40,394 nucleotides of DNA, taken from Dehalococcoidia bacterium (lineage in GTDB: Bacteria > Chloroflexota > Dehalococcoidia > Lucifugimonadales > UBA3495). Within the stretch, counting starts at the first letter, position 1; every line of letters begins with the position of its first letter. The position numbers and the translations under genes were made by a program. Of the stretch, positions 29,542 through 37,159 are shown piece by piece. The stretch lies in NCBI GenBank assembly GCA_963693555.1, contig CAVOAA010000003.1:1-40394 (forward strand), read 5' to 3'. Under the pieces are notes generated by a model. It did not search any database. It saw nothing but the letters and a program-made list of their open reading frames with translations, and was not told the origin of the DNA.

Positions 29542-29577
29542 TGATGGCCTGCTCCCAATAAAGGGAGCAGGCCATCA
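29542..29577 (-). terminator. Strong stem-loop after the SBP gene (terminator or mRNA stabiliser)
   Basis: TGATGGCCTGCTCCC-aataaa-GGGAGCAGGCCATCA 15-bp perfect stem; poor U-tail on the minus strand. Confidence 0.65.
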
Positions 29578-29615
29578 GTTTTTCCTACCCTAGTCCTTGA
29601 GCCGGTGCTAGTTGC

Positions 29616-31469
29616 CTAGCGGTCCAGCCAAAGGTCTTCGTGCTTGAAGCTGTACTGCACGGTTGCAGGTGGGTTGAAGCCCTGGATGTCTTCGTGGACT
29701 ACCCAGAAGAACTTGCCCCAATAGAGGGTCACCCAGTGACCATCGGAGAAGCCTTGCGAGATGTCGTCAGGGTTGGTCGGAATCAGGAAGTCTTCCAGAT
29801 CCTTCAACTGCTGGCGGCGTACTGCGGCGTCTTGCTCAACCTTCTGTTCTTCGAAGGCGTCGCGGACCACAGCGGGCTCCCAGTCGGTGTAGTTACGGGT
29901 GGCGCCCTTCAGGTATACGCCGCCCAATAGCGCGTCGGGGTCAAGGACGGTCATGCCCTCACCCTGACAAGCCAGTTCCCAATCGCCTACAGCCCCTTCT
30001 GGCCGAGAGGTGCCAAAGAGGGAATAACCAGCCGCGCTTTCATGGGTCGCAATGTCGCCTTCGATACCAAGAGCGTTGCTGAGCTGCTGTTTGATGACCG
30101 AGCAGACGTCAGGGTAGTTACCGACCTGGCGGGCGTCGTACTTGGTCTCGAAACCTTCGGGGAATCCGGCATCAGCCATGAGCTGCTTGGCGAAAGCGAT
30201 GTCAGCCTCTCCGCCTGCGCTGTCCTTGTCTCGGATGCCGGGGAACGTGGAGCATTCCTCGAGGGTGTAGCCCATGCCCCAGAGGGCGCAAGGAATGTCA
30301 CCGGTGCCGTCTTCCAAGATGTCGTTGATCTGGACCCGGTCAACGGCCAGGTAGATGGCTTTGCGGATCCTTGGGTCAGTGAAAGGCTCGGCCTTCCGGT
30401 TGATCATCAGACCCCAGTTACGGGAACCAGGCATCTCGTTGGCAATGACATGGCCATTGGGGGAACCGACGGTGTCGGCGTCCAATTCCAGGTATTCGGT
30501 GGGGGACAGGTTGGAGAACCCACCGTTCATCATGTCGACCTGGCCAGCTTTGAACTGCGCGATCAGCGTACCAGTGTCAGTGATGATGAAGTGATCAATG
30601 CTGTCAAAGAAGGGGAGTCCCTCTTTGAAGTAATTCTCGTTCTTCACGACCGAGTACAGGTTACCGCGCTGGTACTCTATCAGCCGGAATGGTCCAGAAC
30701 CGGAACCGGAATCGATGATTCCCTCTGCCTGGTTCAGGTCAACGCCTGCTTCCAAGATGTGCTTGGGCAGGATCTTGGCGTAATCCAAAGCGAGGAAGTT
30801 GATGAACGCACCAGATGCGAAGGAAAGGTTCATCTCGACGGTATTGTCGTCTATCTTCTTGATTCCGCCATCGGCCGTGGGAAGGGTGTAGTTACGGAAG
30901 AGACCGGAACGACCCATGGAGTTCTCAGGGTCCATATAACGGGAGAGTGCGAAGACCACGTCATCTGCGGTCACGTCCACACCATCATTCCATACAGCGT
31001 CTTCATTTACATGGAAGGTGAATGTTGAACCGCCGTTGGAGACGTCCCAGCTATCGGCCAAGTCGCCAACGAGTTCAGTGGTGTTGGCGCCGGTGGAGAA
31101 CTGCACCAACTGGTTATACAGTTGGGAGTACGCCTGAATGCTGGAGAGGGATGCGGAACCCAGTGGGTCCCAGTCCCGGGTATCTGCATACGCGGACATA
31201 CGGATGTTTCCGCCGTAATTCGCGTCGCCGCCGGTCATTGCCGGAATTGCAGTGGCGTCCATCACCGCGGGCACCGGCGTGCTCGAAGAGCCACCGCCAG
31301 AGGAACCGCCGCTGGAAGAACCACCACCTGATGGCACTGCCGTCGGTGACGGCGCCGACCCTGATGGCGTCGCGGTAGCCGACGATCCGCACGCAACTGC
31401 GACGATCAATAACATCGCTGCCACGATTGGAAGTAGGGTTTTGACGTTGAGTAACCTATGCCTCGACAT
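29616..31469 (-). CDS. ABC transporter substrate-binding lipoprotein, family 5 (paralog 1)
   Basis: Lipobox-like VAVAC plus Ser/Gly/Pro linker; GDLA.SW, F.....W.DG...TADDV.F, GSGPF, D.RIRKAI..A.DR. ATG 31469 follows GAGGAGG. Confidence 0.92.
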   Translation of the reverse strand: MSRHRLLNVKTLLPIVAAMLLIVAVACGSSATATPSGSAPSPTAVPSGGGSSSGGSSGGGSSSTPVPAVMDATAIPAMTGGDANYGGNIRMSAYADTRDWDPLGSASLSSIQAYSQLYNQLVQFSTGANTTELVGDLADSWDVSNGGSTFTFHVNEDAVWNDGVDVTADDVVFALSRYMDPENSMGRSGLFRNYTLPTADGGIKKIDDNTVEMNLSFASGAFINFLALDYAKILPKHILEAGVDLNQAEGIIDSGSGSGPFRLIEYQRGNLYSVVKNENYFKEGLPFFDSIDHFIITDTGTLIAQFKAGQVDMMNGGFSNLSPTEYLELDADTVGSPNGHVIANEMPGSRNWGLMINRKAEPFTDPRIRKAIYLAVDRVQINDILEDGTGDIPCALWGMGYTLEECSTFPGIRDKDSAGGEADIAFAKQLMADAGFPEGFETKYDARQVGNYPDVCSVIKQQLSNALGIEGDIATHESAAGYSLFGTSRPEGAVGDWELACQGEGMTVLDPDALLGGVYLKGATRNYTDWEPAVVRDAFEEQKVEQDAAVRRQQLKDLEDFLIPTNPDDISQGFSDGHWVTLYWGKFFWVVHEDIQGFNPPATVQYSFKHEDLWLDR

Positions 31470-31601
31470 GTAGCCTCCTCGTTTGTGCAACTGGGTTTGT
31501 TTCCTCTATGGTCGAGCCTCACAAGAAATAACGCCGTCAGTCCTCCTCGGGGACTTGGGCGTATTTCCCGCTAGGGTTGTGAATATTAGACACAACTTCC
31601 G

Positions 31602-31610
31602 ATTATAACA
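31602..31610 (-). promoter_or_regulatory. Extended -10 promoter for SBP paralog 1
   Basis: Minus strand reads TGTTATAAT (TGnTATAAT) about 135 nt upstream of the ATG. Confidence 0.6.
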
Positions 31611-31751
31611 CGGAATACTATGTATCCGTCAGCCAGAGTTCGACAAGTTTATAGCACAAATTAGCTGCAAGTCAAGAAGTTATTAATAGGAAACGGCATA
31701 AGGATATCGTAGGTAATTTGGCGGCCTTTGGCCGATCTGGCCGCCTAGATA

Positions 31752-31788
31752 AAAAGGACCGGCCCTGATATTCAGGGCCGGTCCTTTT
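31752..31788 (-). terminator. Intrinsic terminator after SBP paralog 2
   Basis: AAAAGGACCGGCCCTGA-tat-TCAGGGCCGGTCCTTTT 17-bp stem. Confidence 0.88.
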
Positions 31789-31819
31789 CGTATCCAAATC
31801 AGATCTGGAGATTGATCGG

Positions 31820-33634
31820 TTAACGATCCAACCAGAGATCCTCATGCTTAAAGCTGTATTGAATGGTAGCCGGTGCGTTGAAGCCCCGGATGTCCTCGTG
31901 GACCAGCCAGAAGAACTGCCCCCAGTACAAAGTCACCCAGTGGTTGTCTTCGAATCCCTGGGAGATGTCGTCCGGGTTGGTGGGAATCAGCCAGTCTTCG
32001 TAGGTCTTGAGCAGTTCCCGTCGCTTGGCCGGGTCCGACTCAACCTTTTGCTCTTCGAAGGAATCCCTGGCGATCTGGGGTTCCCAGTCTGTGTAGTTCC
32101 TGGAGGCGCCCTTGATGTAGACGCTGCCTAGTAGAGCGTCTGGGTCGATCACGGTCATGCCTTCACCCTGGCAGGCCAGCTCCCAGTCGCCGTCACCCGC
32201 GCGGGCGGTTGCGTACAGCGCGTATCCAGCGGCGCTCTCGTGGGTGGATATGTTGCCTTCGATACCGAGGGTCTTGGAAAGCTGCTGTTTGACTATGCTG
32301 CATACGTCTGGGTAGTTACCTACCTGACGGGCGTCATATTTCACGTCAAAGCCCTCGGGGAACCCGGCATCGGCCATCAGCTGTTTGGCGGCGGCTATAT
32401 CAGCCTCTCCGCCGGCGCTATTCTTGTCGCGAATTCCTGGAAATTGGGCGCACTCCTCAAAGGAGTAACCCATGCCCATGAATGCACAGGGAACATCGGC
32501 GGTATCGTCTTCAAGGATGCTGTTGAGTTGCGCACGGTCCAGAGCCAGGTAGATGGCTTTCCGAACTCTGGGGTCCTGTAGAGGACCCACTTTCCGGTTC
32601 ATCATCAGGCCCCAGTTTCTGCTGCCGCCCAACGGGTTGGCGATGATGTGACCATTCGAAGAACCAACGGTGTCGGCGTCCAATTCTTTGTATTCGGTGG
32701 GCGAAAGGTTCGAGAACGCGCCGTTCATCATGTCGATCTGGCCGGCTTTGAACTGAGCGATCAACGTGCCTGTGTCGGTGATGATGAAGTGGTCGATGCT
32801 ATCAAAGTAGGGTCGCCCCTCTTTGAAATATTGGTCGTTCTTTGCGACCGAGTAGGTGTTTCCACGTTGGTACTCGGTCAATTTGAACGGACCGGAGCCT
32901 GAAAGGTTTTCGATTACCCCCTCAGCCTGGTTCAGGTCTACGCCTGCTTCCAGGATGTGCTTGGGCAAGACCTTGGCGTAGTCCAAAGACAGGAAGTTCA
33001 GGAATGCTCCGGAAGCAAAGGACAGGTTCATTTCGACGGTGTTCGCGTCGATCTCCTTGATCCCTCCATCCGCCACCGGCAGGGTGTAGTTGCGGAAGAG
33101 TCCGGAACGGCCGATGGAGTTCTCGGGGTCCATATAGCGGGCCAGTGAGAAGACCACATCGTCGGCTCCCAGGTCTTCGCCGTCATGCCACTTTGCGTTT
33201 TCGTCCAAGTGGAAAGTAACGGTTAGTCCGTCGTCTGAAACGTCCCAGCTGGTGGCTAGGTCACCAACGATCTTCGAGGTTTCGACGGTGTCGAACTGGA
33301 CCAGCTGGTTGTACAGCTGGGAGTAAGCCTGAATGCTCGAAAGGGATGCGGAACCCAGGGGGTCCCAGTCACGGGTGTCTGCGTACGCGGACATGCGGAT
33401 GTTTCCGCCGTATTTCGCGTCACCGCCGGTCATTGCCGGCACTTCAGTAGAGTCCATTGCCGCAGGGACTGGCGTGCTGTCAGAAGAACCACTGCCGCTA
33501 CCTGATGGCACTGCCGTCGGTGAAGGTGCCGATCCCGATGGCGTCGCCGTGGCCGACGATCCGCACGCAACTGCGACGATCAATAACATCGCCGTTACGA
33601 TTGGAAGAAGAGTTTTGAACTTGAGCCTGGGCAT
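31820..33634 (-). CDS. ABC transporter substrate-binding lipoprotein, family 5 (paralog 2)
   Basis: Same architecture as 29616-31469 with long identical stretches (e.g. YGGNIRMSAYADTRDWDPLGSASLSSIQAYSQLYNQLVQF, QYSFKHEDLWLDR). Confidence 0.92.
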   Translation of the reverse strand: MPRLKFKTLLPIVTAMLLIVAVACGSSATATPSGSAPSPTAVPSGSGSGSSDSTPVPAAMDSTEVPAMTGGDAKYGGNIRMSAYADTRDWDPLGSASLSSIQAYSQLYNQLVQFDTVETSKIVGDLATSWDVSDDGLTVTFHLDENAKWHDGEDLGADDVVFSLARYMDPENSIGRSGLFRNYTLPVADGGIKEIDANTVEMNLSFASGAFLNFLSLDYAKVLPKHILEAGVDLNQAEGVIENLSGSGPFKLTEYQRGNTYSVAKNDQYFKEGRPYFDSIDHFIITDTGTLIAQFKAGQIDMMNGAFSNLSPTEYKELDADTVGSSNGHIIANPLGGSRNWGLMMNRKVGPLQDPRVRKAIYLALDRAQLNSILEDDTADVPCAFMGMGYSFEECAQFPGIRDKNSAGGEADIAAAKQLMADAGFPEGFDVKYDARQVGNYPDVCSIVKQQLSKTLGIEGNISTHESAAGYALYATARAGDGDWELACQGEGMTVIDPDALLGSVYIKGASRNYTDWEPQIARDSFEEQKVESDPAKRRELLKTYEDWLIPTNPDDISQGFEDNHWVTLYWGQFFWLVHEDIRGFNAPATIQYSFKHEDLWLDR

Positions 33635-33863
33635 ATAACATTCTCCGATAATCTTTATGGTACAGAATCAAATTAACGACATCGAATAATCGGCCTGGAA
33701 ACTCAGGCGTGACTTAGGCGTCTTTCTTACCGAATTTACTTGTTCGAACTGCTTGAATCCAGCCGTACAAGTGATATCACGAATTATAATATTGCCTATT
33801 CGGTAGTATTAGAGGCTATTCGGTGTCAAGCAGTTACGGCAAAATTGTTCGATGGGAAACCAG

Positions 33864-33910
33864 GCCCAAGGCCGTGCCCAAAACTAGCCTAAAGCCGTGG
33901 CCAGGAACTA
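33864..33910. repeat. Imperfect 23/24-bp tandem duplication
   Basis: GCCCAAGGCCGTGCCCAAAACTA / GCCTAAAGCCGTGGCCAGGAACTA. Confidence 0.7.
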
Positions 33911-33954
33911 TAGGGGAGGTGGGCCTAGTCAGACGATCGCCCCAAGTGGCCATC

Positions 33955-34009
33955 CTCGTGCCCAGGTTGCTCATGTCCAGGTTGCTCGTGTTCAGGTTGC
34001 TCGTGTCCA
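33955..34009. repeat. 15-bp tandem repeat, three full copies plus partial copies
   Basis: CCAGGTTGCTCATGT, CCAGGTTGCTCGTGT, TCAGGTTGCTCGTGT with flanking partial units. Confidence 0.92.
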
Positions 34010-34066
34010 CTGTCGGCGGGTCTACCGGGTTTACGGGTTTACCGGGCCAGCATCAAACCCAAACGC

Positions 34067-34891
34067 CTACACGGGCGTCTTACGATATGGCTCCAGTAAT
34101 ATCCGGACGTCGGTGTCCAGATCAGCGTCTACGAAGAAGGGTTCAAAGTCGGCAGACCGAGTCCAGATCCTGGCCGTCTGCACCAACGCCGCCCGTTCCA
34201 CCGAAGCCGGCCAGCGCAGGATGCTGATGTCAGAGTTATCAGCGTGCGCAGCGGCCGTGGACCCGTTCAAGGCGCGAGTCATTGTCAAGTCGTTGCTGGA
34301 GATCGCAATGACCAGCATCTGTTCCGTCCCGATGAGAGCCGTCTGACCGATCTGAAACTGAGTGCCGTCATCCACTGCCACGGTGGTTTTTGTGGTGTCC
34401 ATGGAGGCATCGTTCAGGTCCGTGCCGCTGTCCTCGGGGAATCTGGCGTAGCCCCAGACCCCTGTGATCTGGAAATTCTGTTCCCCGGTTGTGAACCCGT
34501 CCGCATTATTTCCTTTAGACCGTGACTTTAATGCGGTGTATGGGCTCCCCCAGTGCTGGGTGGGAGCGGCGTTGTACGGCTGCAGCAAATAGTCGCTGCT
34601 GGCCCACGTTTTGTCGAAGGTAAGATCGCCGCTACCGTCTTCTTTCAGTGATGTGACTGAGATCAGGTCCGGCACTATCAATTGCGCTGTTCCCCGGCCA
34701 TCGAACACCAAGGTCTCGGTCTTGGGATAGAAATGGCGGTTGCAGTATCTATCGACCCAATCAGACACCGACAGCAGCAACTGGAACAACTCGTCGTCGT
34801 CGCCCGTTCCGCTGGCCGGGTCTTTCAGCAGGCTGTCGTCTTTCAGTTTAGTCAGGTCACCGTAGAGTGACCGGTACGCTTCACGGCCCAT
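34067..34891 (-). CDS. Phage head-tail connector (gp6/gp15-like adaptor) with an inserted beta-rich domain
   Basis: DD.L..LL..VS..VDRYCNRHF, DL.SVTSLK, DY.L.P.N, ITGVWGY...WP..V..A.L....RIW, D.DV..LL.PYR pattern; lies downstream of the capsid gene; AAGGAGG RBS. Confidence 0.75.
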   Translation of the reverse strand: MGREAYRSLYGDLTKLKDDSLLKDPASGTGDDDELFQLLLSVSDWVDRYCNRHFYPKTETLVFDGRGTAQLIVPDLISVTSLKEDGSGDLTFDKTWASSDYLLQPYNAAPTQHWGSPYTALKSRSKGNNADGFTTGEQNFQITGVWGYARFPEDSGTDLNDASMDTTKTTVAVDDGTQFQIGQTALIGTEQMLVIAISSNDLTMTRALNGSTAAAHADNSDISILRWPASVERAALVQTARIWTRSADFEPFFVDADLDTDVRILLEPYRKTPV

Positions 34892-34966
34892 GTGCGCCTC
34901 CTTATAGAAATTTGACCCTCTCCCGTAATGCGAACAGGTGAGGCGGTCACCCTAGGCAACATCGCC

Positions 34967-35362
34967 TCACGACTCCTCGGCGTATTCGATGATGATCTTG
35001 TGGGTATTCGAGGGAGCGAATCCCCGCCACCGGCCGCTGAGCACCTCATTCCGCCGGCCCCGAGGGCCCTGCCTGCTCTGAAAAACGCGGGTCGCTGCGG
35101 CGCCTTGGTTGGGCACGGCCAGGACATCGATGCTCTTGTTACGTGCGGTGATCATGTTGGGAGCGTCACCGAAATACAGCTCCCACAGATGCCTTCCGTC
35201 AGCGGCGTCCTGCAAGACCTTGGTACGGATGAAACGGATGCGGCGGCCCGGTCTGGGGGTTAGGATCGTCTGTTGGCTGGTATCGGTGCTTGAGTCAACG
35301 ACCCGGACCAGCAACCGGAATGTACGCTGCCGGGGCCTTACCCGGTGGCGGCGCCTGGCCAA
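34967..35362 (-). CDS. Hypothetical virion-accessory-like protein, paralog of 35366-35758, Arg-rich N-terminus
   Basis: TTG start after GGAG; shares TP..GRRIR, DGRHLWELY.G, QGPRG.R.EVLSGRW and HK.I.EY.EES with its neighbour. Confidence 0.75.
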   Translation of the reverse strand: MARRRHRVRPRQRTFRLLVRVVDSSTDTSQQTILTPRPGRRIRFIRTKVLQDAADGRHLWELYFGDAPNMITARNKSIDVLAVPNQGAAATRVFQSRQGPRGRRNEVLSGRWRGFAPSNTHKIIIEYAEES

Positions 35363-35365
35363 CGG

Positions 35366-35758
35366 CTATGACTCCTCTGTGTATTCAACGATCACCTTGT
35401 GGACCGTCGTTGGCGGCGTACCCAGCCACCGGCCGCTGAGGACTTCGTCCCGCTCTCCCCGTGGTCCCTGGTCCCGAAGAAACGTCCTGGTGGCAGCTTC
35501 TCCGTCGTTGGGTATGTCGAGAATGTCGATGGCCTTCTCGGGGTCGGTGGTGATATCTGTACCGGTGCCAAGATACAGCTCCCATAGGTGTCGTCCGTCC
35601 GTTTGCTCTTGGACCACCCGTACCCGCAGCACCCGTATCCGCCGGCCTTTTGAGGGGGTGACCAGGGTGTTGCGGGTATTGGATGTGTTGGAATCGTGGG
35701 CCCTGACCAACGCCACGTAAGGCCGGCGACGGATACTGGCCGAGCGGCGGGTGGTCAT
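35366..35758 (-). CDS. Hypothetical virion-accessory-like protein, paralog of 34967-35362, Arg-rich N-terminus
   Basis: ATGA overlap with the upstream gene; clear paralogy with the downstream ORF. Confidence 0.75.
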   Translation of the reverse strand: MTTRRSASIRRRPYVALVRAHDSNTSNTRNTLVTPSKGRRIRVLRVRVVQEQTDGRHLWELYLGTGTDITTDPEKAIDILDIPNDGEAATRTFLRDQGPRGERDEVLSGRWLGTPPTTVHKVIVEYTEES

Positions 35759-36012
35759 TTCAAGACCCGCCCGAAGCCGGCGCCGCCCAGGATTCCAATG
35801 GACGTGAGCGCCGCCCGGAGAGCTGTGCCGTCGATACCCAGGCTGAGGGCATATCCCTCCAGCCCGGCGATGGTCAGGATCCCCGCTAAAGTCACCAACG
35901 CCCAGTTCTTGGCGGACCAGTTCTTGGGCTTGGCATTTTCCAATTTGGGCAAACTGGGTTTGTGAGGCTTGGGGGCGTGAGGTATCAGGTTGCGTAGCCT
36001 GAAGATGGTCAA
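35755..36012 (-). CDS. Small two-TM membrane protein, holin-like (85 aa)
   Basis: TTG 36012 follows AGGAG and is in frame with track ORF 35755-36168; basic N-terminus then WALVTLAGILTIAGL and ALTSIGILGGAGFG; the holin label is inference. Confidence 0.6.
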   Translation of the reverse strand: MTIFRLRNLIPHAPKPHKPSLPKLENAKPKNWSAKNWALVTLAGILTIAGLEGYALSLGIDGTALRAALTSIGILGGAGFGRVLK

Positions 36013-36115
36013 CGTGTCTACTCCTATCGTGTTGATCTCCACGTGCAGGTCGTATTCAACTGCGCGGGCAGGTCGTCTTGAACTCCGCGCGCCGGACTTG
36101 ATCAATGGTCGTGGA

Positions 36116-36598
36116 TTATTCCTCCACTCCGAAGACCATGCCCGACACGGTGCTGGTGACCGTGACATCCAATTCCAGCGTATTGTCGGCTGCGGTCAGG
36201 GCAACGCCCTCTCCGATATCCTGGAGGCTGTGCACGCCCGCGGCCGCCAAGAGCGGCGATTGGGAGATTACCGTGCCCGCTGCAGCGCTGTCCTGAAATT
36301 CCAAGGCTGCTCCGGCCGTGCTGGACAGGCTCCAACCGAGGAGCCGGACGGTTTTGTCGCTGGCCGGCGTCCAGACCGTGACCGGCGTACCGGCGGTGAT
36401 GGCCACCGCGTCGATCACCTTGAAGGTCACAGCGCGGTATTGATCTCTGGTGATCAGCCGCCCCGCCGTGTCGACCAGCAAGTAGACGTTGTCGCCATCG
36501 GCCACTCCCGGAGGAGTGGCCTGGTACTTGGAGCCGATCCGTGTCAGCCGTTCTTTGGTGTCTGCGGGGCTGTCATGAGGCCCGTCTGCGTATCCCAT
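36116..36598 (-). CDS. Hypothetical virion-accessory-like protein (beta-rich C-terminal domain)
   Basis: 160 aa, co-oriented in the capsid operon; VWTPASDKTVRLLG resembles the TP..GRRIR motif of the two downstream paralogs. Confidence 0.7.
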   Translation of the reverse strand: MGYADGPHDSPADTKERLTRIGSKYQATPPGVADGDNVYLLVDTAGRLITRDQYRAVTFKVIDAVAITAGTPVTVWTPASDKTVRLLGWSLSSTAGAALEFQDSAAAGTVISQSPLLAAAGVHSLQDIGEGVALTAADNTLELDVTVTSTVSGMVFGVEE

Positions 36599-36698
36599 GT
36601 TGAATCGATTCCCCTTTTGCTGATTTCTTGGTTAAGTCTTTTTGGTTAAGTTTTTAATGGACACCCCGGATGTGCAGCCCGGGGTCTGGCGGGGCCGA

Positions 36699-37040
36699 TT
36701 ACGAAAGGGGTACGTATTCGATGATGACGGTCCCTGCTAGGCTGGCGGCATTCTGGACCAGAATCTTGCCGGTGATGTAGTCATTGGTCCCGCCGTTCTT
36801 TTCCCATTTCAGGGCTTCACCACCGTTGGACCCGGCATCGTCGTGCCGGTCGGCAACTCCTGTCGCATTGAGGTCGAGACCGTCGATGATGCTGTCGCCG
36901 GTGCTCGTGGCATTGGCGTTGCCGGAAGCCATGGCTTCCACTATGTAGCGTTTGGCAACATAGACGATGCCCGACTGGTCGGGCGGGATCATGTTCTTGA
37001 CGGCCTCGGCCACCGGGTCCTTCTGACTAAAGGTTGTCAT
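36699..37040 (-). CDS. Putative capsid decoration/cement protein
   Basis: 113 aa, Gly/Ala/Asp/Thr-rich, directly downstream of the major capsid gene; AAGGAG RBS; function inferred from position. Confidence 0.6.
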   Translation of the reverse strand: MTTFSQKDPVAEAVKNMIPPDQSGIVYVAKRYIVEAMASGNANATSTGDSIIDGLDLNATGVADRHDDAGSNGGEALKWEKNGGTNDYITGKILVQNAASLAGTVIIEYVPLS

Positions 37041-37159
37041 GCGATCTCCTTAATATTGTTAGAAATACGCTCTGTCCGAACTCGCACTGACTGAGCAAAG
37101 TTGAGCCCGGAGCCATGCTCGAATCAATAACACGGCCCCATGAAAACACGGCTGCGCCG

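Noticed and set aside
33955-34009. Possible CRISPR array
   Set aside because: The 15-bp units are contiguous with no spacers, and no cas genes are in the window.
33823-34346. Plus-strand ORFs 33823-34227 and 33897-34346
   Set aside because: They overlap the connector gene antisense, and their repeated peptides simply reflect the 15-bp DNA repeat.
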